Source of the DNA: a virus
Lineage: Duplodnaviria; Caudoviricetes
Length of the DNA stretch: 24,521 nucleotides
IMG/VR virus record: IMGVR_UViG_3300016478_000173
Coordinates: 1-24,521 of that record
Reading direction: 5' to 3' (one strand)
Of this stretch, positions 9,201 through 17,581 are shown in pieces (position 1 is the stretch's first letter; each line of letters opens with the position of its first letter). The position numbers and the translations under genes were made by a program. The notes beneath the pieces are model-generated. The model saw only the letters and a list, made by a program, of their open reading frames with translations. It had not been told where the DNA came from and did no database searches.

Positions 9201-9845
9201 TCAGCGACCGAACAGGTCGAACTTGCGAAGCTGGACGCGCTTAGGGAGACGAGCCCCGCTGTGCTCGCTCCGATCGCTGGGCATCTGGTCGAAGATGTAA
9301 TACTCGTCGTACTTCACGCCAGACAGGCTGTAGGTGGCGCCAAGTGGCGGCTCATCACCAGGGGCCCAGGATAGGTCGCCGTTATCATCGATCGACGGCA
9401 GGGCGCCATCCACAGGAAGCCGTGACACCGGATCCAGCCAGAAGCATCGAGTGAACTGCTCGACCTTGAACAGCAACCGCTCAGGCATGATTCCGCCGCG
9501 CACCAGTGGCTGACTGAACACCTCGGTACTGTTCAGCAGGGTTACCCGATCGAAGCGACCAGCCAGGCCCCACATGGGCGAGCTCTCCGGCACGCTGAGC
9601 GTCAGATCGCCGGAGTCGAAAACGCCGGCATCGATCATTTCTGCGGTCACCTGCTGCCGGCTGACGCCGCAAGTCGTCTGCACCGGAGCATCCCAGAAGC
9701 GCCCCTTTCCGCCACAGAGGGCATGCTTAGAGTCGGCAGCACCGGAGGCCGGATTGACGCAGGCGCACCCATAGGAGCGCCGCCAGAGCATTTGCTGACC
9801 GATAGAGGCCAGGTGGCGATTAAACGCCGCAGGGTTCAGACGCAT
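9201..9845 (-). CDS. Head closure / neck protein with putative Zn finger
   Basis: 214 aa; LWRRSYGCAC...HALCGGKGRFW; follows the adaptor with a 1-nt overlap (TGATG). Confidence 0.7.
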   Translation of the reverse strand: MRLNPAAFNRHLASIGQQMLWRRSYGCACVNPASGAADSKHALCGGKGRFWDAPVQTTCGVSRQQVTAEMIDAGVFDSGDLTLSVPESSPMWGLAGRFDRVTLLNSTEVFSQPLVRGGIMPERLLFKVEQFTRCFWLDPVSRLPVDGALPSIDDNGDLSWAPGDEPPLGATYSLSGVKYDEYYIFDQMPSDRSEHSGARLPKRVQLRKFDLFGR

Positions 9846-10948
9846 CAGAATACCGCCATTCTCACACCATTGATCCGCGACATCAGGCCGCCATTGGCGC
9901 CATCGGTGCCGTTCATGATGTTGTCGAAGGCATCATGATACTTCGACACATCCACGCTCATGGACTGCGACAGGCCGTCCGCACTGATCGAGCCAGACTG
10001 AGGCATGAAGTTGTCCTCGACCACCTTGATCATGGCCATCTTGGTAACAGCCTCGACCATTTCTGGGTAGGTGGTCGCGGCATCAGCGATACCCGCGACG
10101 TACTCGACCTCGATCGCGAAGGGTAGCGACCGTCCGCCAGCCATCTGCTGCATGACCATGCCGCCGATAGGCGACAGGAAGGGAGCATTTGTCGGCACGA
10201 ACTGCATATGGCCGTACTTCTTATCGACCCGCACCCACTCCAGCGGCATGTTGAGCACCGTGGCCGCAGGCGACGGATACACAAACTTGACAGACTGGAT
10301 CGACTGCACCGGGCGCTGGCGAAGCGCAGTAAAACCCCAGCGATCACCCATCCAGTTCTGCGGGTCGTAGTCGTAGGGCGCATCGATGGCCCACGGCTTG
10401 CCGTTCAGCTCGGCAATCTGCTCAGGCGTCGGGTCGCGCGGGAAGAACTTGGTCGGCTGCAGCTTTACCCGCAGCATCCCGGCCACGATCGACTCTGCGG
10501 CGATTAGCTTCTTCCAGATGTAGTCATCGCTCAGGCTGACGTCGGGCATGATCGAGCCAGCCAGCAGCATGAGGTTGTCGCGACGGATGGCAGCGATGGC
10601 GGAAAACTTATTCGGGAACAGCGCAGAGCCCATTACGGGGGTAGCGACGAGCTCCGCCTTGATGAACAGCATGATCGTCTGGGTGGCACGCTTACCCTCG
10701 ACCGTCTCGACGGTATTCTGGATCGAGTACCAGGTGTCGACAGCCCCGCCAGACGCCCAGAAAGACGTGAAGGTTTGAGTATGCTGCTGGTTTGACAGCG
10801 ACAGCCCAGCCGGAGACACGCTCCAGGTGCTGGACGCGATCGGATCGGAAGCCGAGGCAATCGAGCTCCAGTCAAGCGAGTAGTCCAGGGAATCCCCCGG
10901 GCCCTGCTCGCCCCAGATGCTGTCGCCGCTTACGTTGAGGGTTCCCAT
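9845..10948 (-). CDS. Head-tail adaptor with an extra N-terminal beta-sandwich domain
   Basis: 367 aa. C-terminal part has YDYDP, LRQRPVQSI, IEVEYVAG and SISADGLSQS, typical of connector proteins. N-terminal ~100 aa reads GDSLDYSLDWS...DPIASSTW...WASGG...YSIQNTVET. Confidence 0.72.
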   Translation of the reverse strand: MGTLNVSGDSIWGEQGPGDSLDYSLDWSSIASASDPIASSTWSVSPAGLSLSNQQHTQTFTSFWASGGAVDTWYSIQNTVETVEGKRATQTIMLFIKAELVATPVMGSALFPNKFSAIAAIRRDNLMLLAGSIMPDVSLSDDYIWKKLIAAESIVAGMLRVKLQPTKFFPRDPTPEQIAELNGKPWAIDAPYDYDPQNWMGDRWGFTALRQRPVQSIQSVKFVYPSPAATVLNMPLEWVRVDKKYGHMQFVPTNAPFLSPIGGMVMQQMAGGRSLPFAIEVEYVAGIADAATTYPEMVEAVTKMAMIKVVEDNFMPQSGSISADGLSQSMSVDVSKYHDAFDNIMNGTDGANGGLMSRINGVRMAVF

Positions 10949-10965
10949 GTTTTACACCTGTAATC

Positions 10966-12357
10966 CTATGGCTTTGGAATTATCGCCTCACGACTACCAC
11001 CGGCAGTGACCGGTACCGGGGCGGACGGCTCGCCTGCCTTTACGGATCGCTGCTCCAGCGCCACAACGATCACCCGGCGGGACATAGCCACCGGAGTGCC
11101 GGCAGACGGAGGCCGCAACAACGACGTGAAGTCTCGGGCCGCCACTGCTTCCTGCACCGACAGCAGCACGTCGACAGAGCCGAGGACAGAATCATCCGCC
11201 AGGCCAGGCGCAATCACAAAAGCACCAAGCAGGCCGGTGGCTGACGCATCATCCAAGGCGAATACCAACTCGTCCTGCGAAGCGCCGGTGGCAAGCAGCG
11301 AGAGCGCATCATCCAGAGCAACTGCCAGCTCCTCCGCCACAGCCTGCACCGTGAGCGCAGCGCCAGCATGCTCGACAGACAAAGCGAGCTCGCTGATGGA
11401 GGCCGATACGGCGGCAGCAGCAGACACCCCATCACCGGCAGCCACAAGCTCACCAGTGACCGCAAAGGCAGCCATTTGCCCACTAACCACATCGACGGCG
11501 GCAACACCATCCGACTGGCTTGCGAGCACGACGATCAGCATCGAGCTCGAATCCGAGGCAGCGGAAGCCTCCGTGACCGAGGCTCCAGACATGCGTAGCG
11601 CCGAGAGTCCATCGGCAGCAGTCGCTACCGCAACAACAGAGGCACCAGTAGCGCGAGCAGCAGCCAGGGCATCGCTGGCCACCACAGCCTCGGAGCGCGC
11701 AACCAGAAGAACTGCGCCGGCCGATAGGCCGTCAGAGGCTGTAGCGGCCTCAGCAATCCCGGCAGGGCGAGAGGCATTGCCGGACAGTGAGTCAGCGGCA
11801 GCGCCAACCTCAGAGGCAGAGGCAAGCAGAGCAGACAGCGCAGAAGGGGAGTCTGCAGCCGTGGCTGGCTCGGCACGAGAGGCGCCAAGCTGAACCATGG
11901 CGCCAGGTGCGTCGTTTGCCGTTACAGCCTCCGTGCGCCCCACCAGCAGCACGACCACACCAGACAGGGAATCGGCCAGGCTTGCCGACTCGACAGCAGC
12001 AGCGAGCAGCGTAGCCTCAGCAGAAGGCTGGTCCGCAGCGGCGACAGGCTCAGCCCTTGACGCAAGCAAAACGGCCGTGGCGGAAAGGCCGTCAACCGCC
12101 GAAACAGGCTCAGCGCGCGCCGCCAGAAGCGCTGCAGCAGCGACAACCAACTCGCCAGCAACAGACGCCTCTGCCAGCGCCACGTTGTGGGTTGTTGAGC
12201 CAGCAGTAACGGTGGCGTCCTGGGCATGGTTCGCCCCGGCCGCCTCAAGCAAGGCCACAGTGTGAACTACGGCAGCCTGGCCGAAGTAGGCGCTCGGCAG
12301 GATAAGCGCCGTGGCCCAGTCGTATCGACTACCAGGGGCCTTCAGCAGCTCTCTCAC
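10966..12357 (-). CDS. Ala-rich 20-aa-repeat fibre-like protein
   Basis: 463 aa, GTG start; about 16 tandem degenerate 20-residue units. Confidence 0.7.
   Translation of the reverse strand: MRELLKAPGSRYDWATALILPSAYFGQAAVVHTVALLEAAGANHAQDATVTAGSTTHNVALAEASVAGELVVAAAALLAARAEPVSAVDGLSATAVLLASRAEPVAAADQPSAEATLLAAAVESASLADSLSGVVVLLVGRTEAVTANDAPGAMVQLGASRAEPATAADSPSALSALLASASEVGAAADSLSGNASRPAGIAEAATASDGLSAGAVLLVARSEAVVASDALAAARATGASVVAVATAADGLSALRMSGASVTEASAASDSSSMLIVVLASQSDGVAAVDVVSGQMAAFAVTGELVAAGDGVSAAAAVSASISELALSVEHAGAALTVQAVAEELAVALDDALSLLATGASQDELVFALDDASATGLLGAFVIAPGLADDSVLGSVDVLLSVQEAVAARDFTSLLRPPSAGTPVAMSRRVIVVALEQRSVKAGEPSAPVPVTAGGSREAIIPKP
11224..12183 (-). repeat. Degenerate 60-bp / 20-aa tandem coding repeat
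   Basis: AARAEPVSAVDGLSATAVLL / ASRAEPVAAADQPSAEATLL / AAAVESASLADSLSGVVVLL / VGRTEAVTANDAPGAMVQLG and so on; mostly E at position 5 and D at position 11. Confidence 0.85.
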
Positions 12358-12362
12358 TCAGG

Positions 12363-13196
12363 CTACCCGTGTGCGATCTTGCCGCCGCCGCGAACGGTGC
12401 CGGTAGTGGTGGTGCTGGTCAGGACGACAGGAAACAGGCAGCTGCTGTTATAAATCTCCGGAAGCCCGAGCGCTGCCCAATCGGCCACGTACTTAAAGTT
12501 GGCCATCGGGCAGCCGATGGTCATGCGCGGTCGAGTTGCGGTCACGCCGAAGCTGCCCGCCGTACCTGTGGTGGCCGACAGTGTGACGCTGGTAATCGCC
12601 CTGATGAACTTGCCGTCCCCGGCGGACGGAATCAGGCCATTCAGTGGCAGCATGAAGCTGGCAGGTCGTGTCGCAGCCAGCGACGCAGACAGAGTGCCTG
12701 TCGTGCCGTCGTTATAGGTCACAGCCACTGTCGCGGTTACAGCCGTAGCACCAGTCGCGGTGTACCACTCAAGCCACCACTGGATATCGGAATAATTGGC
12801 GTCACCGATGCGCCCTGCCAAGTTGTCACTGGACAGCGCAGAGAAGTCGATCCCGACAGTCTGCGCCGTGGTCACCGTGCCGCTAAGGCCACCCATATGC
12901 GCAAGACGATCGTGAATCTCGACGGTCATCGCGGCGTTACTGGTGGCCGCCTCAAGGTAGGCGCCATAACTGGTGGCCGGCGCCACTTGCTGACTGAAGC
13001 CAATAGCTCCTACCAGCGAATGGTTACAGACCGCAGCAGCGGCAGGGATAGCCCCCTGACCTGGCTGACCAGTCGCGCGCCACAGACTGACGTAGGTGCT
13101 CGCTGCCTGTGACGCGATACTTGCCTTATCGAGCACGATGCGGCTGCTGTTGTTACCCAGAGCCTTAACGATCCCGTCCAGCGTCTCGATGGCCAT
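12363..13196 (-). CDS. Putative virion structural protein (beta-rich, fibre block)
   Basis: 277 aa, Thr/Ala/Gly-rich; GGAG upstream; tightly packed in the operon. Confidence 0.7.
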   Translation of the reverse strand: MAIETLDGIVKALGNNSSRIVLDKASIASQAASTYVSLWRATGQPGQGAIPAAAAVCNHSLVGAIGFSQQVAPATSYGAYLEAATSNAAMTVEIHDRLAHMGGLSGTVTTAQTVGIDFSALSSDNLAGRIGDANYSDIQWWLEWYTATGATAVTATVAVTYNDGTTGTLSASLAATRPASFMLPLNGLIPSAGDGKFIRAITSVTLSATTGTAGSFGVTATRPRMTIGCPMANFKYVADWAALGLPEIYNSSCLFPVVLTSTTTTGTVRGGGKIAHG

Positions 13197-13199
13197 GCC

Positions 13200-13376
13200 T
13201 TACTCCGGCTGTTCTTCCAGTTTTTCCGCAGGAAAGTAACGCTCCTGCAGGTCACCTTCAGCGTCGGTGTAGCGCACCAGGTACTGCGGCTCACCGTCGA
13301 CGAATGCACCGCCGACGACCTCACCAGTAATGACTGGCAGAATTACGCGAACTTGCGCACCAGCTTTGAGAGCCAT
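13200..13376 (-). CDS. Small hypothetical protein (58 aa), missed by the ORF track
   Basis: Manual translation: MALKAGAQVRVILPVITGEVVGGAFVDGEPQYLVRYTDAEGDLQERYFPAEKLEEQPE*. RBS TAAGGGG; fills the gap between neighbours. Confidence 0.8.
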   Translation of the reverse strand: MALKAGAQVRVILPVITGEVVGGAFVDGEPQYLVRYTDAEGDLQERYFPAEKLEEQPE

Positions 13377-13386
13377 AGTGATCCCC

Positions 13387-13947
13387 TTACAGACTGGCGC
13401 TGTAGCTCACGGACAGGGTGTCACCACTCTGCACGGGCTTGTCGCCACCGCTGAACAGGCCAGCGGAATAAAGAATGCCGGTGGTTCCACCCTTGGTGCT
13501 GTTGGCGATCAGGAAGCAGCCCTTGATCGTCTCCGAAGCGTTCATGGTGAAGGTCGCCGGCGAGGAAAGAGCCTTACTGCCAGCCGCAGCCGAAGCCCAG
13601 GCCGCAGCGGGACGAGTACCCTGCGAATAGCTCGATGACTCAGTCCAGCCAGCGTGCGAAGCGGCAGTGTCACCCACGGCAGGGCCGGTGGTGTAACTGG
13701 TCGAGCCGATCAGGCCGAGATACCAGGCAGCGGTATAACCGGAGCCAGCCAGGTACTTGTCCAGGGCATCGTTCTTGCCGGCAGTGGTGACGAGGTTTTC
13801 AATCTCCTCACTCCACTTGAGCTGGCCATCAGCGCCACGGCACTCGACCACATAATGGCCGTGCGCCTCAGCCACTTCGGCAGCGCCTACGTTTCGAGCG
13901 ATACTGGCGGCAGACAGGCCGCGAGCGTCCACAGACTCGGTATGCAT
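13387..13947 (-). CDS. Putative virion decoration / fibre-base protein
   Basis: 186 aa; YVVECRGADGQLKWSEEIENLVTTAGKN...GDTLSVSYSASL is a pattern I recognise from phage structural proteins; AAGGGGG RBS. Confidence 0.65.
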   Translation of the reverse strand: MHTESVDARGLSAASIARNVGAAEVAEAHGHYVVECRGADGQLKWSEEIENLVTTAGKNDALDKYLAGSGYTAAWYLGLIGSTSYTTGPAVGDTAASHAGWTESSSYSQGTRPAAAWASAAAGSKALSSPATFTMNASETIKGCFLIANSTKGGTTGILYSAGLFSGGDKPVQSGDTLSVSYSASL

Positions 13948-13956
13948 GAGGCCCCC

Positions 13957-14466
13957 TTAGAAGAACTGTTCGTCGCTTTCGCCAGCGTCGGTGCCAGCAT
14001 CGCCAGTAGCCTCGCCAGCACCAGCAGCGGCAGCCTCAGCATCCTCGGCGCCAGCCTCAGACACTTCGACCTCTTCAGCCTCGATGGCGGCAATCAGCTC
14101 GGGCTTGGTCATGGATTCGCAGCCGGCAATCTCCATGCCTTTCGCGATTTCCAGCAGCTCGGCCTTTTTCAGCTCGCTCAGCACGCGAACATTGCCATCG
14201 GTATCTTGCACGCCAGCCAAGGTGCCAGTCAGCACGGGCTCAGCAGCAGGAGTTGGCTGGGCAACAGGAGCAGGAGCTTTGACCTTTGGCACCAGGTGCT
14301 CCGGAATCTCGTCGGCGTCAGCCAGGCGGAAGCCTTCGATCGCCAGGAACTGCTCAGCCAGATCCGCAGCCACAGGATGCGAGATGGAGAAGCTGCCCAG
14401 CGGCTCGAACGGCACACCATTGATCATGGGCAGGAAGCCCGGCATTTCACGAATTACGTTGTTCAT
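13957..14466 (-). CDS. Acidic protein with a Rho-N-like (helix-extension-helix) domain
   Basis: 169 aa; LSELKKAELLEIAKGMEIAGCESMTKPELIAAI; Pro/Ala linker and acidic tail; GAGGA RBS. Confidence 0.75.
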   Translation of the reverse strand: MNNVIREMPGFLPMINGVPFEPLGSFSISHPVAADLAEQFLAIEGFRLADADEIPEHLVPKVKAPAPVAQPTPAAEPVLTGTLAGVQDTDGNVRVLSELKKAELLEIAKGMEIAGCESMTKPELIAAIEAEEVEVSEAGAEDAEAAAAGAGEATGDAGTDAGESDEQFF

Positions 14467-14485
14467 GCTTTCAATCCTCTGGTGG

Positions 14486-14513
14486 ATAAAGGGCGGCCTA
14501 AGCCGCCCTTTAT
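14486..14513 (-). terminator. Intrinsic terminator-like hairpin after the major capsid gene
   Basis: ATAAAGGGCGGC-loop(4)-GCCGCCCTTTAT: perfect 12-bp stem with a short U-tract. Confidence 0.75.
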
Positions 14514-14526
14514 TAGACCACGCCTA

Positions 14527-15984
14527 TTAGCCGAACGGCTTCCAGGTCGCGCTGCGCGGCACGATGTTCTTGATCACAACGTGCTGGTTACGCTTGGAGA
14601 TTCGCAGGTAACCGCAGATCATCTGCAGCCACGGGATGATCGGGCTGTTAACAGCCGCCATCGGAATCTTCATCATCGGCAGGAACTGGCGCCAGGCAAT
14701 GGCGTGATCCGAGGCCGACATATTCAGCGCATACGAGCAGGTGGTGCCAGGAATCTCGCGGTTCTTGTCCACATACACGGTGGAGCCGGCGGTGCGAGGC
14801 ACGCGGACCATTTCGCGAACGTCGGACAGAGCAGCGGTGCCGTTCTTGCGACCACGGTAGATCACATAACCAGTCTCCTGCTGACCAGCAGAGGCGGTGA
14901 TGGTGATAGTGACCTGCTGACCAGCAGCAACGGTCACAGCGCCACCGGTGGCAGCAACGGCCTCGGTTTCGCCCTTCTCGTTGATGCCGGTCACGAAGTA
15001 CACATAGGTACCGTTGTGGGCGGCCTGCCAGTAGGAGTCAGCACCACCAGCGCCAGCAACAGCAGTCATCGCGGCCGGCTTGAAGGCAGCGTTGGCAACA
15101 GCGGCAGCAGCGTGAATCTGGTTGCGCAGCTGGAACGGCAGCTTCATCTTCTCGTCGCGGATGAAGACGTCGTTCTTGGTCGCGATAGCGCCATACGAAG
15201 TCTGGATCGCACGAACGTGAGTGCCATAGGCGATGCTGTTCGGGCTGTTATCCAGCGCGACACGGAAAGCCGGGTCCAGGTTGGTGTTCAGGTCAGTCTG
15301 CACCGACGGCGGCAGATACAGGTCGGTGATCTTGCCGAAGTTGCCGAAGCCGAACACGGTCTCAGCGGCCTTCATGATCGGCGATACGTCGTCCAGAGCG
15401 GCGCCACGCATATCGATCACATGGTCGGCACTGTCCAGGCTTTCGATCTGAGCGCGGATGCCCGGGAAGGACTTCGGCAGCACCAGGTCGTCGCCTTCGA
15501 ACAGGCTGAACTCGATCGAGGACAGGAGCTGCTTGGTACCGTTTACGGTTTCCAGAGCAACAGCGTCGGTGATGTTGTTCTGCGACTGCAGGACGATCGG
15601 GACCTTACGGTAGGTGGTCAGGTACTTAACCTTGCCAACCATACGGGCATAGATGCCGTTGGTTTCCTGAGCGGCGCCGTCCTGGTCGTTGAAGCTGTCA
15701 CCCAGGAAGCCACCGATCGAGGACTGCTCAGTCCATTCATCCAGCACGGCGGTAGCCTTCGGCTTCGGCAGCTGGTTGAACAGGGCAAAGTGCTGGTTTT
15801 CCTGCACGGTAGCCTGCAGAGTGGTGTCCAGGGACTGGATGCGCAGCGCGGAGCCGCCCTCCAGGCTGGCCATGTCAGAGCCGTAACCGGCCTGGAGCGA
15901 CTTCTGCAGCTCTTCGAGCTGCTGAGTGCCCATCTCACCGGCAGTAGCGACGCCGGAGGTGTTCGGGTTGGTCAGAAAGTCCAT
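14527..15984 (-). CDS. Major capsid protein (SPO1/Twort/A511-like)
   Basis: 485 aa; ELQKSLQAGYG...GSALRIQSLD N-arm, IEFSLFEGD, HVIDMRG, FGKITDLYLP, an inserted beta domain, FLPMMKIPMA, HVVIKNI. Follows protease and scaffold; GGAGGA RBS. Confidence 0.92.
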   Translation of the reverse strand: MDFLTNPNTSGVATAGEMGTQQLEELQKSLQAGYGSDMASLEGGSALRIQSLDTTLQATVQENQHFALFNQLPKPKATAVLDEWTEQSSIGGFLGDSFNDQDGAAQETNGIYARMVGKVKYLTTYRKVPIVLQSQNNITDAVALETVNGTKQLLSSIEFSLFEGDDLVLPKSFPGIRAQIESLDSADHVIDMRGAALDDVSPIMKAAETVFGFGNFGKITDLYLPPSVQTDLNTNLDPAFRVALDNSPNSIAYGTHVRAIQTSYGAIATKNDVFIRDEKMKLPFQLRNQIHAAAAVANAAFKPAAMTAVAGAGGADSYWQAAHNGTYVYFVTGINEKGETEAVAATGGAVTVAAGQQVTITITASAGQQETGYVIYRGRKNGTAALSDVREMVRVPRTAGSTVYVDKNREIPGTTCSYALNMSASDHAIAWRQFLPMMKIPMAAVNSPIIPWLQMICGYLRISKRNQHVVIKNIVPRSATWKPFG

Positions 15985-16000
15985 CTATAATCCTCCGGGA

Positions 16001-16618
16001 TTACTGAAGTTTGGCCAGTACGTCGGCCGGATACGGCACGCCGGACTGGAACGAGAGCTCACAACGGGCGACTTCACTCGCGGTGAGTTTGCCAGCCTGC
16101 TGGGCGCTCAGGGCTTTAGCCATGATTTCGCCAGGCAGAGGGGCAGGTTCGGACTTGGTCAGGGCCTGCTCGCCAGCGTTGGGCTTTTCAGCCACGCTCA
16201 CGACAGTCTTGCGACCCCGGCCTTGGGAGGCCAGCTTGTCCAGGCGGGTAGCCATGGACTTGATCATTTCACCCTGACTCTCGATGGTGGACAGGGTGGT
16301 CTGCAGGGCCTTAGCCAGGACAGACTCCTGAGAGTCGAGGCGGCCGATCAGGGACTTGATGAGGTCGGTGGCGTCGATCGCCTCCACTTCCTCACCGTCC
16401 ATGACGGCGGTCATAGACTTGCCAAACGGCTCGCCTTCACCTTCGTCATCGGCATCATTGTCGGTATCGTCGCCTTCGGCACCTTCGGCACCTTCACCGG
16501 CAGCGGCTTGGATCGCTTCGTCATCCTCGCCGTCTTCTGCCGGGAGCGACTTAGCCAGGGTTTGCTGCTCATCAGCTTGTGCTTGAAGCTGAGCGAGCAA
16601 TTCTTCGAATTGGCTCAT
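16001..16618 (-). CDS. Capsid scaffolding-like protein
   Basis: 205 aa, acidic and coiled-coil-like, between protease and MCP; ATGA overlap; seven x-x-K-[S/A] motifs. Confidence 0.72.
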   Translation of the reverse strand: MSQFEELLAQLQAQADEQQTLAKSLPAEDGEDDEAIQAAAGEGAEGAEGDDTDNDADDEGEGEPFGKSMTAVMDGEEVEAIDATDLIKSLIGRLDSQESVLAKALQTTLSTIESQGEMIKSMATRLDKLASQGRGRKTVVSVAEKPNAGEQALTKSEPAPLPGEIMAKALSAQQAGKLTASEVARCELSFQSGVPYPADVLAKLQ

Positions 16619-17493
16619 CGTTTGCTCCGTTTGGTAAGACCAGATTTCAAATCGCTAAGGAAGCGATCCACCCACTCCGTCGCCTCATCGCGCGACAGAC
16701 TGAATACCCGGCAGCTGTAGTCGACCAGGGAGTCCTGGCTGACTTTCGAGACTGCGGATTTCTTGAGATCACCAGCGAGACGATCGCGGTAATCGAAATA
16801 GCTCTGCGGCACGCCATCCAGGGACTGGACACGCAGCGCACTGCCGCCGGTTAGGGTCGCCACATCGGTGCCGTAGCCAGCCTCAAGGGACTTGACCACG
16901 AAACCACCGAGAGACTTGGCAAACACCCCGATCGGGGCAGCCTGGGCAGCAGGAAGGTGCTGATTGACCGGTGTGCGGCTCAGCGCGACGTTGGTCCAAC
17001 GGACCTTTGTCACGACGCCCACTTTGTTCTTGGTCGCCGGGTCAATCTGCACGCTTTTGGCCAGCACGGAGCCACCCACAGACGGGTACCAGCGAGCCGG
17101 AGGATTGAGCTGGGTCATCGACTCCCAGACCATGTTCGCGTTGCGAGCAAGCTCGCCGGCGCCCTTGTAGAGTTGCGCCTTCACGAATGTGCGATCACCG
17201 CGCACGGTCACATCAACGGGGCGACCGACCTCATACGCCATCGGGTTAGCCAGGCCCATGCGGGTCCCGAGGATGGTGTAGTGGTCGATATCGATGTTGC
17301 CGAACTTGAGGAAGTGCGAGGCGCTCTCCTCGAGTGCCTTGGCCAGGACGCGCTCACCCTGTTGATCGACGCCCTCGTTAGAGGCCTCGAAATAGATGTA
17401 GCGCTCCCCGCCTTCCTCGGAAGGCGTAGCTTTCAGCAACGTATCGACGCTGAAAAAGTCGGGAATGCCTGCAAGAAGCTGCTCGTCGTTCAT
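16615..17493 (-). CDS. Prohead (capsid maturation) protease
   Basis: 292 aa; YFEASNEGVDQQGE, GNIDIDH, YPSVGG, WTNVALSRTPVN match the herpes/HK97-type assemblin layout. Confidence 0.85.
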   Translation of the reverse strand: MNDEQLLAGIPDFFSVDTLLKATPSEEGGERYIYFEASNEGVDQQGERVLAKALEESASHFLKFGNIDIDHYTILGTRMGLANPMAYEVGRPVDVTVRGDRTFVKAQLYKGAGELARNANMVWESMTQLNPPARWYPSVGGSVLAKSVQIDPATKNKVGVVTKVRWTNVALSRTPVNQHLPAAQAAPIGVFAKSLGGFVVKSLEAGYGTDVATLTGGSALRVQSLDGVPQSYFDYRDRLAGDLKKSAVSKVSQDSLVDYSCRVFSLSRDEATEWVDRFLSDLKSGLTKRSKR

Positions 17494-17517
17494 GAGGCAA
17501 TCCTGCCGTCACGACAC
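17494..17517 (-). promoter_or_regulatory. Conserved motif TCGTGAC-GG-CAGGAT upstream of the head operon
   Basis: GTGTCGTGAC GG CAGGAT TGCCTC ATG; 14-nt spacing; lies right after a strong terminator. Confidence 0.78.
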
Positions 17518-17538
17518 TCCAGCAAGGGAGCAACAGGC

Positions 17539-17565
17539 AAAAAAAGCCGCCCGCAAAGGGCGGCT
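17539..17565 (-). terminator. Rho-independent terminator ending the helicase operon
   Basis: Minus strand AGCCGCCC-TTTGC-GGGCGGCT running into a 7-nt T tract. Confidence 0.88.
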
Positions 17566-17581
17566 AAGTCCCACGGTAGCG

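Noticed and set aside
8334-9203. Recombinase-driven invertible segment
   Set aside because: Both halves of the inverted repeat are on one side of the gene, there is no matching site at the 9200 junction, and no invertase is in the window.
2492-17015. Other TCGTGAC heptamers (2492 +, 14990 -, 17009 -)
   Set aside because: Intragenic, and they lack the CANNAT hexamer and an ATG at the fixed spacing.
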